The notes under the pieces: model-generated | The model's input: the letters and a program-made list of their open reading frames with translations, nothing else | What the model was told of the DNA's origin: nothing | Databases searched by the model: none | Made by a program: the position numbers and the translations under genes | From: the human T2T-CHM13v2.0 reference genome, Homo sapiens | Reading direction: 5' to 3' (one strand) | NCBI RefSeq assembly: GCF_009914755.1 | Contig: NC_060948.1 | Length of the DNA: 64,000 nt | Part shown: in pieces, positions 25,001 through 40,700 of the stretch | Position numbering within the stretch: position 1 is the stretch's first letter | Layout of the letters: every line of letters begins with the position of its first letter

Positions 25001-27049
25001 TCCATTGCTTTCCAGTCCATTCCATTCCACTCTAGTCTATTCCACTCCATTCCTTTCCATTCCATTCCATACTATTCCATTCCATTCCTTTGCATTCCGT
25101 TTGCAATCTATTCGAGTCCATTGCATTCCAGTCCAATCCATTCGATTACATTCCTTTTGATTCCCTGCCAGTCGATTGCATTGCATACTACACCATTCCA
25201 AAGGAGTCCATTCCATTCTATCTCAACACTTTCCATTCCACTCTGTTCGAGTCCATTCCATTCCAGTCCATTTAATTCAAGGGCATTCCATTCCATTCCA
25301 TTCCATTTCATATTATTCCATTCCATTCAATTCCATTCCAGATGATTCCATTCCATTCTATACCATTGCTCTCTGTTCCATTCCGTTCCATCTGTCTCCA
25401 TTCCTTTCGTTTCGATTCCTTTCCATTCCATTCCATTACATTTGATCCTATTTTATTAAATTGCATTCTATTCGAGTGATTTCCATTCGAGTTCTTTCCA
25501 TTCGATTCCATTCCTTTGGATTCCATTCCATTTCGTTCTGTTCACATCAATTCCTTACGATTCCATTACATTCGATTTCTTGCCATTCGATTCCATTCCT
25601 TTTGACTCCATTTCATTCGATTCCATTCCATTCCATTAATTTCCATTCCATTCGAGACCTTTCCGTTGCAGTCTTTTCCCTTCGAGTCCATTCCGTTCGA
25701 TTCCCTTCCATTCGATTCCATTCCATTGGAGTCCGTACCAGTCGAGTCCATTCTATTCCAGTCCATTAGTTTCGACTCCATTGCATTCGAGTGCATTCCA
25801 TTCCGTGGCTGTCCATTCCATTCCGTTTGATGCCATTCCATACGATTCCATTCAATTCGAGACCATTCTATTCCTGTCCATTCCTTGTGGTTCGATTTCA
25901 TTTCACTCTAGTCCATTCCATTCCATTCAATTACATTCGACTCTATTCCGTTCCATTCAATTCCATTCCGTTCGATTCCATTTTTGTCGAGAACCTTCCA
26001 TTACACTCCCTTCCATTCCAGTGCATTCCATTCCAGTCTCTTCAGTTCGATTCCATTCCATTCGTTTCGATTCCTATCCATTCCAGCCCATTCCATTCCA
26101 TTCCATTCCTTTCCTTTCCGTTTCATTAGATTCCATTGCATTCGATTCCATTCAATTCAATTCCGTGCTATTCAATTTGATTCATTTCCATTTGATTCCA
26201 TTCCATTAGATTCCATTCCGTACGATTCCATTCCTTTTGAATCCATTCCGCTGGAGTCCATTCACTTCCAGAACATTCCATTACAGTCGAATCCATTCGA
26301 GGACATTCCATTAAAGTTCATTACATTCTAATACATTCCATTCCATTGCATTCCATTCCATTCCATTCGATGCCATTCGATTCCATTCCATGCCAAATCA
26401 TTGCATTCCTTTCCATTCCGTTCCTATCAATTCCATTCCATTCGATTTAGTTCGATTCTATTCACTTCCATTCCATTCGATTCCATTCCATTGGAGTCAA
26501 TTCCTTTCGACACCCAGCCTTTCCAGTCAATGATTTTGGAGTCCATTTTTTTGCATTCCATTACATTCTATGACATTCGATTCCGTTTCATTGCATTCCA
26601 TTCCATACATTTTTATTCCATTCGAGACCGTAGCATTCCGCTTTATTCCAGGCCTGTCCATTACACTACATTCCCTTCCATTCCAATGAATTCCATTCCA
26701 TTCCAATCCATTCCTTTCCTTTCGCTTGCATTCCATTCTATTCTCTTCTACTGCATACAATTTCACTCCATTCGTTCCCATTCCATTCAATTCCATTCCA
26801 TTCAATTCCATTCCATTTGTTTCCATTCTCTTCGATTCCATTTCTTTATATTCCATGCCATTCGATTCCATTCTATTGGATTGCATTACATTCGTGTTCA
26901 TTCCATTCCAGACCATTCCATTTGACTCCATTCCTTTCGAGCCCTTTCAATTTGAGTCCATTCCTTTCCAGTCCATTTCACTCCAATCCATTACTATCCA
27001 TTCCATACCATACCATTCCATCCCATTCCATTCCATTCCATTCCATTCC

Positions 27050-30000
27050 ATTCCATTCCATTCCATTCCATTGCATTCAATTCCATTCCATTCCATTGCA
27101 CTGCACTCCATTCCATTACATTCTACTCTATCTGAGTCGGTTTTATTGCATTAGATTCTATTCCATTGGATTACTTTCCATTCGATTACATTCCATTCAT
27201 GTACATTCCATTCCAGTCAATTACATTCGAGTTCATTACATTACATTCCAGTATATTCCATTGTATTCGATCCCATTCCTTTCAATTCCATTTCATTCGA
27301 CTCCATTATATTCGATTCCATTCCACTCGAATCCATTCCATTAGAGGACATTCCATTCCAATGCATTCCATTCCATTCCATAACATTCCATTGCATTCGA
27401 TTCCATTTCTTTTGATGTCATTCCATTTGATGCCATTCCATGACATTCCATTCCATTCGAGTCCCTTCCGTTCCAATTCATTCCATTCCGTTTCATGAAA
27501 TTCGAGTCCTTTCCAGTACATTTCATTCCAATCCCATCCAATCCAATCTACTCCATTCAATTCCTTTCCATTCCATTTGATTAGATTCCATTGATTTGAT
27601 TCCATTCAGTTTGATTCCATTCCGTGAAATTTCTTTCCATTCTATTCCATTGCATTACTTTCCATTCAATTCCATTCCATTTCATTTCAGTCCATTCGCT
27701 TCCTTTCCTTTCGATTCAATTCCATTTGATTCCACTCCATTCTATGCGATTTCATTCCAATCGATTCAATTCCATTCGATGACATTCCTTTCGTTTCCAT
27801 TCCATTCGAGTCCATTCAATTTGAGCATTCGTGTCCATTCTATTCGAGTCCATTCCATTACCGTCTATTCTATTCCCTTCCATTCCTGTTGATTCAATTT
27901 CATTCCCTTCCATTCGATTCCTTTCCATTCGATTCCATTCCTTTCCATTCCATTCCATTCGTTCCCATTCCGTGTGATTTCATTCCATTCCAGTCCATTA
28001 TATTCGAGTCCACTCCACTCCATTCTATTACATTCAATTCCTTTTGAGTCCGTTCCATAACACTCCATTCATTTCGAATCCATTTCTTGCCAGTTTTCTT
28101 CCATTTTATTCCATTCCGTTCGATTCCATTCCATTCGATTGCATTCCATTCGAATCCTTTCCATTCCATTTCATTCCATTCCTTTCTATTCCATTCCATT
28201 TCATTCGATTTGATTCCATTCTGTTCTATTCCATTCAATTCTTTTTCATTCCATTCGAAACCTTTCTATTGCAGTCCATTCCATTCGAGTCCATTCCAAT
28301 CCCTTCCATTCCATTCCATTACAGTCCATTCCAATAGATTCCATTCCTTTGCCTTCCATTCGAATCCATTCCATTCTAGTCCATTCCATTTGAGTCAATT
28401 CCATTCCATTCCATTCTATTCCTTTCCAATCCATTCGATTCCATTCGATTCAATTCCATTTGATTCTCTTTCATTCTATTTTATTCCATGCCATTTGATT
28501 GCATTGCATTCCATTCCGTTTGATTCCAGTCCATTCAAGAAAGTTCCATTCCAGTCCATTGCTTTCCAGTCCATTCCATTCCACTCTAGTCTATTCCACT
28601 CCATTCCTTTCCATTCCATTCCATACTATTCCATTCCATTCCTTTGCATTCCGTTTCCAATCTATTCGAGTCCATTGCATTCCAGTCCAATCCATTCGAT
28701 TACATTCCTTTTGATTCCCTGCCAGTCGATTGCATTGCATACTAGACCATTCCAAAGGAGTCCATTCCATTCTATCTCAACACTTTCCATTCCACTCTGT
28801 TCGAGTCCATTCCATTCCAGTCCATTTAATTCAAGGGCATTCCATTCCATTCCATTCCATTTCATATTATTCCATTCCATTCAATTCCATTCCAGATGAT
28901 TCCATTCCATTCTATACCATTGCTCTCTGTTCCATTCCATTCCATCTGTCTCCATTCCTTTCGTTTCGATTCCTTTCCATTCCATTCCATTACATTTGAT
29001 CCTATTTTATTAAATTGCATTCTATTCGAGTGATTTCCATTCGAGTCCTTTCCATTCGATTCCATTCCATTCTATTCCATTCCTTTGGATTCCATTCCGT
29101 TCCGTTCCGTTCACATCAATTCCTTGCGATTCCATTACATTCGATTTCTTGCCATTCAATTCCATTCCTTTTGACTCCATTTCATTCGATTCCATTCCAT
29201 TCCATTAATTTCCATTCCATTCGAGACCTTTCCATTGCAGTCTTTTCCCTTCGAGTCCATTCCGTTCGATTCCCTTCCATTCGATTCCATTCCATTGGAG
29301 TCCGTACCAGTCGAGTCCATTCTATTCCAGTCCATTAGTTTCGACTCCATTGCATTCGAGTGCATTCCATTCCGTGGCTGTCCATTCCATTCCGTTTGAT
29401 GCCATTCCATATGATTCCATTCAATTCGAGACCATTCTATTCCTGTCCATTCCTTGTGGTTCGATTCCATTTCACTCTAGTCCATTCCATTCCATTCAAT
29501 TCCATTCGACTCTATTCCGTTCCATTCAATTCCATTCCATTCGATTCCATTTCTTTCGAGAACCTTCCATTACACTCCCTTCCATTCCAGTGCATTCCAT
29601 TCCAGTCTCTTCAGTTCGATTCCATTCCATTCGTTTCGATTCCTTTCCATTCCAGCCCATTCCATTCCATTCCTTTCCGTTTCATTAGATTCCATTGCAT
29701 TCGATTCCATTCAATTCAATTCCGTGCTATTCAATTTGATTCATTTCCATTTAATTCCATTCCATTAGATTCCATTCCGTACGATTCCATTCCTTTTGAA
29801 TCCATTCCATTGGAGTCCATTCACTTCCAGAACATTCCATTCCAGTCGAATCCATTCGAGTACATTCCATTAAAGTTCATTACATTCTAATACATTCCAT
29901 TCCATTGCATTCCATTCCATTCCATTCGATGCCATTCGATTCCATTCCATGCCAAATCATTGCATTCCTTTCCATTCCGTTCCTATCAATTCCATTCCAT

Positions 30001-33000
30001 TCGATTTAGTTCGATTCTATTCACTTCCATTCCATTCCATTCCATTCCATTGGAGTCAATTCCTTTCGACACCCAGCCTTTGCAGTCAATGATTTTGGAT
30101 TCCATTTTTTTGCATTCCATTACATTCTATGACATTCGATTCCGTTTCATTGCATTCCATTCCATACATTTTTATTCCATTCGAGACCGTAGCATTCCAC
30201 TTTATTCCAGGCCTGTCCATTACACTACATTCCCTTCCATTCCAATGAATTCCATTCCATTCCAATCCATTCCTTTCCTTTCGCTTGCATTCCATTCTAT
30301 TCCCTTCTACTGCATACAATTTCACTCCATTCGTTCCCATTCCATTCAATTCCATTCCATTCAATTCCATTCCATTTGTTTCCATTCTCTTCGATTCCAT
30401 TTCTTTATATTCCATGCCATTCGATTCCATTCTATTGGATTGCATTACTTTCGTGTTCATTCCATTCCAGACCATTCCATTTGACTCCATTCCTTTCGAG
30501 CCCTTTCAATTTGAGTCCATTCCTTTCCAGTCCATTTCACTCCAGTCCATTACTATCCATTCCATACCATTCCATCCCATTCCATCCCATTCCATTCCAT
30601 TCCATTCCATTCCATTCCATTAAATTGCATTCCATTCCATTCCATTCCATTCCACTGCACTCCATTCCATTACATTCTAATCTATCTGAGTCGATTTTAT
30701 TGCATTAGATTCTATTCCATTGGATTACTTTCCATTCGATTACATTCCATTCATGTACATTCCATTCCAGTCAATTACATTCGAGTTCATTACGTTACAT
30801 TCCAGTATATTCCATTGTATTCGATCCCATTCCTTTCAATTCCATTTCATTCGACTCCATTATATTCGATTCCATTCCACTCGAATCCATTCCATTAGAG
30901 GACATTCCATTCCAATGCATTCCATTCCATTCCATAGCATTCCATTGCATTCGATTCCATTCCATTTGATGTCATTCCATTTGATGCCATTCCATGACAT
31001 TCCATTCCATTCGAGTCCATTCCGTTCCAATTCATTCCATTCCGTTTCATTAAATTCGAGTCCTTTCCAGTACATTTCATTCCAATCCCATCCAATCCAA
31101 TCTACTCCATTCAATTCCTTTCCATTCCATTTGATTTGATTCCATTGATTTGATTCCATTCAGTTTGATTCCATTCCGTGAAATTTCCTTCCATTCTCTT
31201 CCATTGCATTACTTTCCATTCAATTCCATTCCATTTCATTTCAGTCCATTCGCTTCCTTTCCTTTCGATTCAATTCCATTTGATTCCACTCCATTCTATG
31301 CGATTTCATTCCAATCGATTCAATTCCATTCGATGACATTCCTTTCGTTTCCATTCCATTCGAGTCCATTCAATTTGAGCATTCGTGTCCATTCTATTCG
31401 AGTCCATTCCATTACCGTCTATTCTATTCCCTTCCATTCCTGTTGATTCAATTTCATTCCCTTCCATTGGATTCCTTTCCTTTCGATTCCATTCCTTTCC
31501 ATTCCATTCCATTCGTTCCCATTCCATGTGATTTCATTCCATTCCAGTCCATTATATTCGAGTCCACTCCACTCCATTCTATTACATTCAATTCCTTTTG
31601 AGTCCGTTCCATAACACTCCATTCATTTCGATTCCATTTCTTGCCAGTTTTCTTCCATTTTATTCCATTCCGTTCGATTGCATTCCATTCGATTGCATTC
31701 CATTCGAATCCTTTCCATTCCATTTCATTCCATTCCTTTCTATTCCATTCCATTTCATTCGATTTGATTCCATTCTGTTCTATTCCATTCAATTCTTTTT
31801 CATTCCATTCGAATCCTTTCTATTGCAGTCCATTCCATTCGAGTCCATTCCAATCCCTTCCATTCCATTCCATTACAGTCCATTCCAATAGATTCCATTC
31901 CTTTGCCTTCCATTCGAATCCATTCCATTCTAGTCCATTCCATTTGAGTCAATTCCATTCCATTCCATTCTATTCCTTTCCAATCCATTCGATTCCATTC
32001 GATTCAATTCCATTTGATTCTCTTTCATTCTATTTTATTCCATGCCATTTGATTGCATTGCATTCCATTCCGTTTGATTCCAGTCCATTCAAGAAAGTTC
32101 CATTCCAGTCCATTGCTTTCCAGTCCATTCCATTCCACTCTAGTCTATTCCACTCCATTCCTTTCCATTCCATTCCATACTATTCCATTCCATTCCTTTG
32201 CATTCCGTTTGCAATCTATTCGAGTCCATTGCATTCCAGTCCAATCCATTCGATTACATTCCTTTTGATTCCCTGCCAGTCGATTGCATTGCATACTACA
32301 CCATTCCAAAGGAGTCCATTCCATTCTATCTCAACACTTTCCATTCCACTCTGTTCGAGTCCATTCCATTCCAGTCCATTTAATTCAAGGGCATTCCATT
32401 CCATTCCATTCCATTTCATATTATTCCATTCCATTCAATTCCATTCCAGATGATTCCATTCCATTCTATACCATTGCTCTCTGTTCCATTCCATTCCATC
32501 TGTCTCCATTCCTTTCGTTTCGATTCCTTTCCATTCCATTCCATTACATTTGATCCTATTTTATTAAATTGCATTCTATTCGAGTGATTTCCATTCGAGT
32601 TCTTTCCATTCGATTCCATTCCTTTGGATTCCATTCCATTTCGTTCTGTTCACATCAATTCCTTACGATTCCATTACATTCGATTTCTTGCCATTCGATT
32701 CCATTCCTTTTGACTCCATTTCATTCGATTCCATTCCATTCCATTAATTTCCATTCCATTCGAGACCTTTCCATTGCAGTCTTTTCCCTTCAAGTCCATT
32801 CCGTTCGATTCCCTTCCATTCGATTCCATTCCATTGGAGTCCGTACCAGTCGAGTCCATTCTATTCCAGTCCATTAGTTTCGACTCCATTGCATTCGAGT
32901 GCATTCCATTCCGTGGCTGTCCATTCCATTCCGTTTGATGCCATTCCATACGATTCCATTCAATTCGAGACCATTCTATTCCTGTCCATTCCTTGTGGTT

Positions 33001-36000
33001 CGATTCCATTTCACTCTAGTCCATTCCATTCCATTCCATTACATTCGACTCTATTCCGTTCCATTCAATTCCATTCCGTTCGATTCCATTTTTGTCGAGA
33101 ACCTTCCATTACACTCCCTTCCATTCCAGTGCATTCCATTCCAGTCTCTTCAGTTCGATTCCATTCCATTCGTTTCGATTCCTGTCCATTCCAGCCCATT
33201 CCATTCCATTCCATTCCTTTCCTTTCCGTTTCATTAGATTCCATTGCATTCGATTCCATTCAGTTCAATTCCGTGCTATTCAATTTGATTCATTTCCATT
33301 TGATTCCATTCCATTAGATTCCATTCCGTACGATTCCATTCCTTTTGAATCCATTCCGCTGGAGTCCATTCACTTCCAGAACATTCCATTACAGTCGAAT
33401 CCATTCGAGGACATTACATTAAAGTTCATTACATTCTAATACATTCCATTCCATTGCATTCCATTCCATTCCATTCGATGCCATTCGATTCCATTCCATG
33501 CCAAATCATTGCATTCCTTTCCATTCCGTTCCTATCAATTCCATTCCATTCGATTTAGTTCGATTCTATTCACTTCCATTCCATTCGATTCCATTCCATT
33601 GGAGTCAATTCCTTTTGACACCCAGCCTTTCCAGTCAATGATTTTGGATTCCATTTTTTTGCATTCCATTACATTCTATGACATTCGATTCCGTTTCATT
33701 GCATTCCATTCCATACATTTTTATTCCATTCGAGACCGTAGCATTCTGCTTTATTCCAGGCCTGTCCATTACACTACATTCCCTTCCATTCCAATGAATT
33801 CCATTCCATTCCAATCCATTCCTTTCCTTTCGCTTGCATTCCATTCTATTCTCTTCTACTGCATACAATTTCACTCCATTCGTTCCCATTCCATTCAATT
33901 CCATTCCATTCAATTCCATTCCATTTGTTTCCATTCTCTTCGATTCCATTTCTTTATATTCCATGCCATTCGATTCCATTCTATTGGATTGCATTACATT
34001 CGTGTTCATTCCATTCCAGACCATTCCATTTGACTCCATTTCTTTCGAGCCCTTTCAATTTGAGTCCATTCCTTTCCAGTCCATTTCACTCCAGTCCATT
34101 ACTATCCATTCCATACCTTTCCATCCCATTCCATTCCATTCCATTCCATTCCATTCCATTCCATTGCATTCCATTCCATTCCATTCCATTGCACTGCACT
34201 CCATTCCATTGCATTCTACTCTATCTGAGTCGATTTTATTGCGTTAGATTCTATTCCATTGGATTACTTTCCATTCGATTACATTTCATTCATGTACATT
34301 CCATTCCAGTCAATTACATTCGAGTTCATTACATTACATTCCAGTATATTCCATTGTATTCTATCCCATTCCTTTCAATTCCATTTCATTCGACTCCATT
34401 ATATTCGATTCCATTCCACTCGAATCCATTCCATTAGAGGACATTCCATTCCAATGCATTCCATTCCATTCCATAGCATTCCATTGCATTCGATTCCATT
34501 CCATTTGATGCCATTCCATTTGATGCCATTCCATGACATTCCATTCCATTCGAGTCCATTCCGTTCCAATTCATTCCATTCCGTTTCATGAAATTCGAGT
34601 CCTTTCCAGTACATTTCATTCCAATCCCATCCAATCCCATCTACTCCATTCAATTCCTTTCCATTCCATTTGATTATATTCCATTGATTTGATTCCATTC
34701 AGTTTGATTCCATTCCGTGAAATTTCCTTCCATTCTCTTCCATTGCATTACTTTCCATTCAATTCCATTCCATTTCATTTCAGTCCATTCGCTTCCTTTC
34801 TTTTCGATTCAATTCCATTTGATTCCACTCCATTCTATGCGATTTCATTCCAATCGATTCAATTCCATTCGATGACATTCCTTTCGTTTCCATTCCATTC
34901 GAGTCCATTCAATTTGAGCATTCGTGTCCATTCTATTCGAGTCCATTCCATTACCGTCTATTCTATTCCCTTCCATTCCTGTTGATTCAATTTCATTCCC
35001 TTCCATTCGATTCCTTTCCATTCGATTCCATTCCTTTCCATTCCATTCCATTCGTTCCCATTCCATGTGATTTCATTCCATTCCAGTCCATTATATTCGA
35101 GTCCACTCCACTCCATTCTATTATATTCAATTCCTTTTGAGTCCGTTCCATAACACTCCATTCATTTCGATTCCATTTCTTGCAAGTTTTCTTCCATTTT
35201 ATTCCATTCCGTTCGATTCCGTTCCATTCGATTGCATTCCATTCGAATCCTTTCCATTCCATTTCATTCCATTCCTTTCTATTCCATTCCATTTCATTCG
35301 ATTTGATTCCATTCTGTTCTATTCCATTCAATTCTTTTTCATTCCATTCGAATCCTTTCTATTGCAGTCCATTCCATTCGAGTCCATTCCAATCCCTTCC
35401 ATTCCATTCCATTACAGTCCATTCCAATAGATTCCATTCCTTTGCCTTCCATTCGAATCCATTCCATTCTAGTCCATTCCATTTGAGTCAATTCCATTCC
35501 ATTCCATTCTATTCCTTTCCAATCCATTCGATTCCATTCGATTCAATTCCATTTGATTCTCTTTCATTCTATTTTATTCCATGCCATTTGATTGCATTGC
35601 ATTCCATTCCGTTTGATTCCAGTCCATTCAAGAAAGTTCCATTCCAGTCCATTGCTTTCCAGTCCATTCCATTCCACTCTAGTCTATTCCACTCCATTCC
35701 TTTCCATTCCATTCCATACTATTCCATTCCATTCCTTTGCATTCCGTTTCCAATCTATTCGAGTCCATTGCATTCCAGTCCAATCCATTCGATTACATTC
35801 CTTTTGATTCCCTGCCAGTCGATTGCATTGCATACTAGACCATTCCAAACGAGTCCATTCCATTCTATCTCAACATTTTCCATTCCACTCTGTTCGAGTC
35901 CATTCCATTCCAGTCCATTTAATTCAAGGGCATTCCATTCCATTCCATTCCATTCCATTTCATATTATTCCATTCCATTCAATTCCATTCCAGATGATTC

Positions 36001-36200
36001 CATTCCATTCTATACCATTGCTCTCTGTTCCATTCCATTCCATCTGTCTCCATTCCTTTCGTTTCGATTCCTTTCCATTCCATTCCATTCCATTTGATCC
36101 TATTTTATTAAATTGCATTCTATTCGAGTGATTTCCATTCGAGTCCTTTCCATTCGATTCCATTCCATTCTATTCCATTCCTTTGGATTCCATTCCATTC
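27050..36200 (+). repeat. Copy 1 of a recent multi-unit duplication (period 10,657 bp = 3 units)
   Basis: Rare variants recur exactly 10,657 bp downstream (see findings). Boundaries are approximate. Confidence 0.85.
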
Positions 36201-37675
36201 CGTTCCGTTCACATCAATTCCTTGCGATTCCATTACATTCGATTTCTTGCCATTCGATTCCATTCCTTTTGACTCCATTTCATTCGATTCCATTCCATTC
36301 CATTAATTTCCATTCCATTCGAGACCTTTCCATTGCAGTCTTTTCCCTTCGAGTCCATTCCGTTCGATTCCCTTCCATTCGATTCCATTCCATTGGAGTC
36401 CGTACCAGTCGAGTCCATTCTATTCCAGTCCATTAGTTTCGACTCCATTGCATTCGAGTGCATTCCATTCCGTGGCTGTCCATTCCATTCCGTTTGATGC
36501 CATTCCATATGATTCCATTCAATTCGAGACCATTATATTCCTGTCCATTCCTTGTGGTTCGATTCCATTTCACTCTAGTCCATTCCATTCCATTCAATTC
36601 CATTCGACTCTATTCCGTTCCATTCAATTCCATTCCATTCGATTCCATTTCTTTCGAGAACCTTCCATTACACTCCCTTCCATTCCAGTGCATTCCATTC
36701 CAGTCTCTTCAGTTCGATTCCATTCCATTCGTTTCGATTCCTTTCCATTCCAGCCCATTCCATTCCATTCCTTTCCGTTTCATTAGATTCCATTGCATTC
36801 GATTCCATTCAATTCAGTTCCGTGCTATTCAATTTGATTCATTTCCATTTAATTCCATTCCATTAGATTCCATTCCGTACGATTCCATTCCTTTTGAATC
36901 CATTCCATTGGAGTCCATTCACTTCCAGAACATTCCATTCCAGTCGAATCCATTCGAGTACATTCCATTAAAGTTCATTACATTCTAATACATTCCATTC
37001 CATTGCATTCCATACCATTCCATTCGATGCCATTCGATTCCATTCCATGCCAAATCATTGCATTCCTTTCCATTCCGTTCCTATCAATTCCATTCCATTC
37101 GATTTAGTTCGATTCTATTCACTTCCATTCCATTCGATTCCATTCCATTGGAGTCAATTCCTTTCGACACCCAGCCTTTCCAGTCAATGATTTTGGATTC
37201 CATTTTGTTGCATTCCATTACATTCTATGACATTCGATTCCGTTTCATTGCATTCCATTCCATACATTTTTATTCCATTCGAGACCGTAGCATTCCACTT
37301 TATTCCAGGCCTGTCCATTACACTACATTCCCTTCCATTCCAATGAATTCCATTCCATTCCAATCCATTCCTTTCCTTTCGCTTGCATTCCATTCTATTC
37401 CCTTCTACTGCATACAATTTCACTCCATTCGTTCCCATTCCATTCAATTCCATTCCATTCAATTCCATTCCATTTGTTTCCATTCTCTTCGATTCCATTT
37501 CTTTATATTCCATGCCATTCGATTCCATTCTATTGGATTGCATTACATTCGTGTTCATTCCATTCCAGACCATTCCATTTGACTCCATTCCTTTCGAGCC
37601 CTTTCAATTTGAGTCCATTCCTTTCCAGTCCATTTCACTCCAGTCCATTACTATCCATTCCATACCATTCCATCC

Positions 37676-37729
37676 CATTCCATTCCATTCCATTCCATTC
37701 CATTCCATTCCATTCCATTCCATTCCATT
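37676..37729 (+). repeat. Pure (CATTC)10 microsatellite tract at the length-variable site of the unit
   Basis: Ten perfect CATTC copies follow CATACCATTCCATCC. The homologous tract is shorter or interrupted in other units. Confidence 0.85.
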
Positions 37730-40700
37730 GCATTCAATTCCATTCCATTCCATTGCACTGCACTCCATTCCATTACATTTTACTCTATCTGAGTCGGTTT
37801 TATTGCATTAGATTCTATTCCATTGGATTACTTTCCATTCGATTACATTCCACTCATGTACATTCCATTCCAGTCAATTACATTCGAGTTCATTACATTA
37901 CATTCCAGTATATTCCATTGTATTCGATCCCATTCCTTTCAATTCCATTTCATTCGACTCCATTATATTCGATTCCATTCCACTCGAATCCATTCCATTA
38001 GAGGACATTCCATTCCAATGCATTCCATTCCATTCCATAACATTCCATTGCATTCGATTCCATTCCATTTGATGTCATTCCATTTGATGCCATTCCATGA
38101 CATTCCATTCCATTCGAGTCCCTTCCGTTCCAATTCATTCCATTCCGTTTCATGAAATTCGAGTCCTTTTCAGTACATTTCATTCCAATCCCATCCAATC
38201 CAATCTACTCCATTCAATTCCTTTCCATTCCATTTGATTTGATTCCATTGATTTGATTCCATTCAGTTTGATTCCATTCCGTGAAATTTCGTTCCATTCT
38301 ATTCCATTGCATTACTTTCCATTCAATTCCATTCCATTTCATTTCAGTCCATTCGCTTCCTTTCCTTTCGATTCAATTCCATTTGATTCCACTCCATTCT
38401 ATGCGATTTCATTCCAATCGATTCAATTCCATTCGATGACATTCCTTTCGTTTCCATTCCATTCGAGTCCATTCAATTTGAGCATTCGTGTCCATTCTAT
38501 TCGAGTCCATTCCATTACCGTCTATTCTATTCCCTTCCATTCCTGTTGATTCAATTTCATTCCCTTCCATTCGATTCCTTTCCATTCGATTCCATTCCTT
38601 TCCATTCCATTCCATTCGTTCCCATTCCGTGTGATTTCATTCCATTCCAGTCCATTATATTCGAGTCCACTCCACTCCATTCTATTACATTCAATTCCTT
38701 TTGAGTCCGTTCCATAACACTCCATTCATTTCGATTCCATTTCTTGCCAGTTTTCTTCCATTTTATTCCATTCCGTTCGATTCCATTCCATTCGATTGCA
38801 TTCCATTCGAATCCTTTCCATTCCATTTCATTCCATTCCTTTCTATTCCATTCCATTTCATTCGATTTGATTCCATTCTGTTCTATTCCATTCAATTCTT
38901 TTTCATTCCATTCGAATCCTTTCTATTGCAGTCCATTCCATTCGAGTCCATTCCAATCCCTTCCATTCCATTCCATTACAGTCCATTCCAATAGATTCCA
39001 TTCCTTTGCCTTCCATTCGAATCCATTCCATTCTAGTCCATTCCATTTGAGTCAATTCCATTCCATTCCATTCTATTCCTTTCCAATCCATTCGATTCCA
39101 TTCGATTCAATTCCATTTGATTCTCTTTCATTCTATTTTATTCCATGCCATTTGATTGCATTGCATTCCATTCCGTTTGATTCCAGTCCATTCAAGAAAG
39201 TTCCATTCCAGTCCATTGCTTTCGAGTCCATTCCATTCCACTCTAGTCTATTCCACTCCATTCCTTTCCATTCCATTCCATACTATTCCATTCCATTCCT
39301 TTGCATTCCGTTTCCAATCTATTCGAGTCCATTGCATTCCAGTCCAATCCATTCGATTACATTCCTTTTGATTCCCTGCCAGTCCATTGCATTGCATACT
39401 AGACCATTCCAAAGGAGTCCATTCCATTCTATCTCAACACTTTCCATTCCACTCTGTTCGAGTCCATTCCATTCCAGTCCATTTAATTCAAGGGCATTCC
39501 ATTCCATTCCATTCCATTTCATATTATTCCATTCCATTCAATTCCATTCCAGATGATTCCATTCCATTCTATACCATTGCTCTCTGTTCCATTCCATTCC
39601 ATCTGTCTCCATTCCTTTCGTTTCGATTCCTTTCCATTCCATTCCATTACATTTCATCCTATTTTATTAAATTGCATTCTATTCGAGTGATTTCCATTCG
39701 AGTCCTTTCCATTCGATTCCATTCCATTCTATTCCATTCCTTTGGATTCCATTCCGTTCCGTTCCGTTCACATCAATTCCTTGCGATTCCATTTCATTCG
39801 ATTTCTTGCCATTCAATTCCATTCCTTTTGACTCCATTTCATTCGATTCCATTCCATTCCATTAATTTCCATTCCATTCGAGACCTTTCCATTGCAGTCT
39901 TTTCCCTTCGAGTCCATTCCGTTCGATTCCCTTCCATTCGATTCCATTCCATTGGAGTCCGTACCAGTCGAGTCCATTCTATTCCAGTCCATTAGTTTCG
40001 ACTCCATTGCATTCGAGTGCATTCCATTCCGTGGCTGTCCATTCCATTCCGTTTGATGCCATTCCATATGATTCCATTCAATTCGAGACCATTCTATTCC
40101 TGTCCATTCCTTGTGGTTCGATTCCATTTCACTCTAGTCCATTCCATTCCATTCAATTCCATTCGACTCTATTCCGTTCCATTCAATTCCATTCCATTCG
40201 ATTCCATTTCTTTCGAGAACCTTCCATTACACTCCCTTCCATTCCAGTGCATTCCATTCCAGTCTCTTCAGTTCGATTCCATTCCATTCGTTTCGATTCC
40301 TTTCCATTCCAGCCCATTCCATTCCATTCCTTTCCGTTTCATTAGATTCCATTGCATTCGATTCCATTCAATTCAATTCCGTGCTATTCAATTTGATTCA
40401 TTTCCATTTAATTCCATTCCATTAGATTCCATTCCGTACGATTCCATTCCTTTTGAATCCATTCCATTGGAGTCCATTCACTTCCAGAACATTCCATTCC
40501 AGTCGAATCCATTCGAGTACATTCCATTAAAGTTCATTACATTCTAATACATTCCATTCCATTGCATTCCATTCCATTCCATTCGATGCCATTCGATTCC
40601 ATTCCATGCCAAATCATTGCATTCCTTTCCATTCCGTTCCTATCAATTCCATTCCATTCGATTTAGTTCGATTCTATTCACTTCCATTCCATTCGATTCC

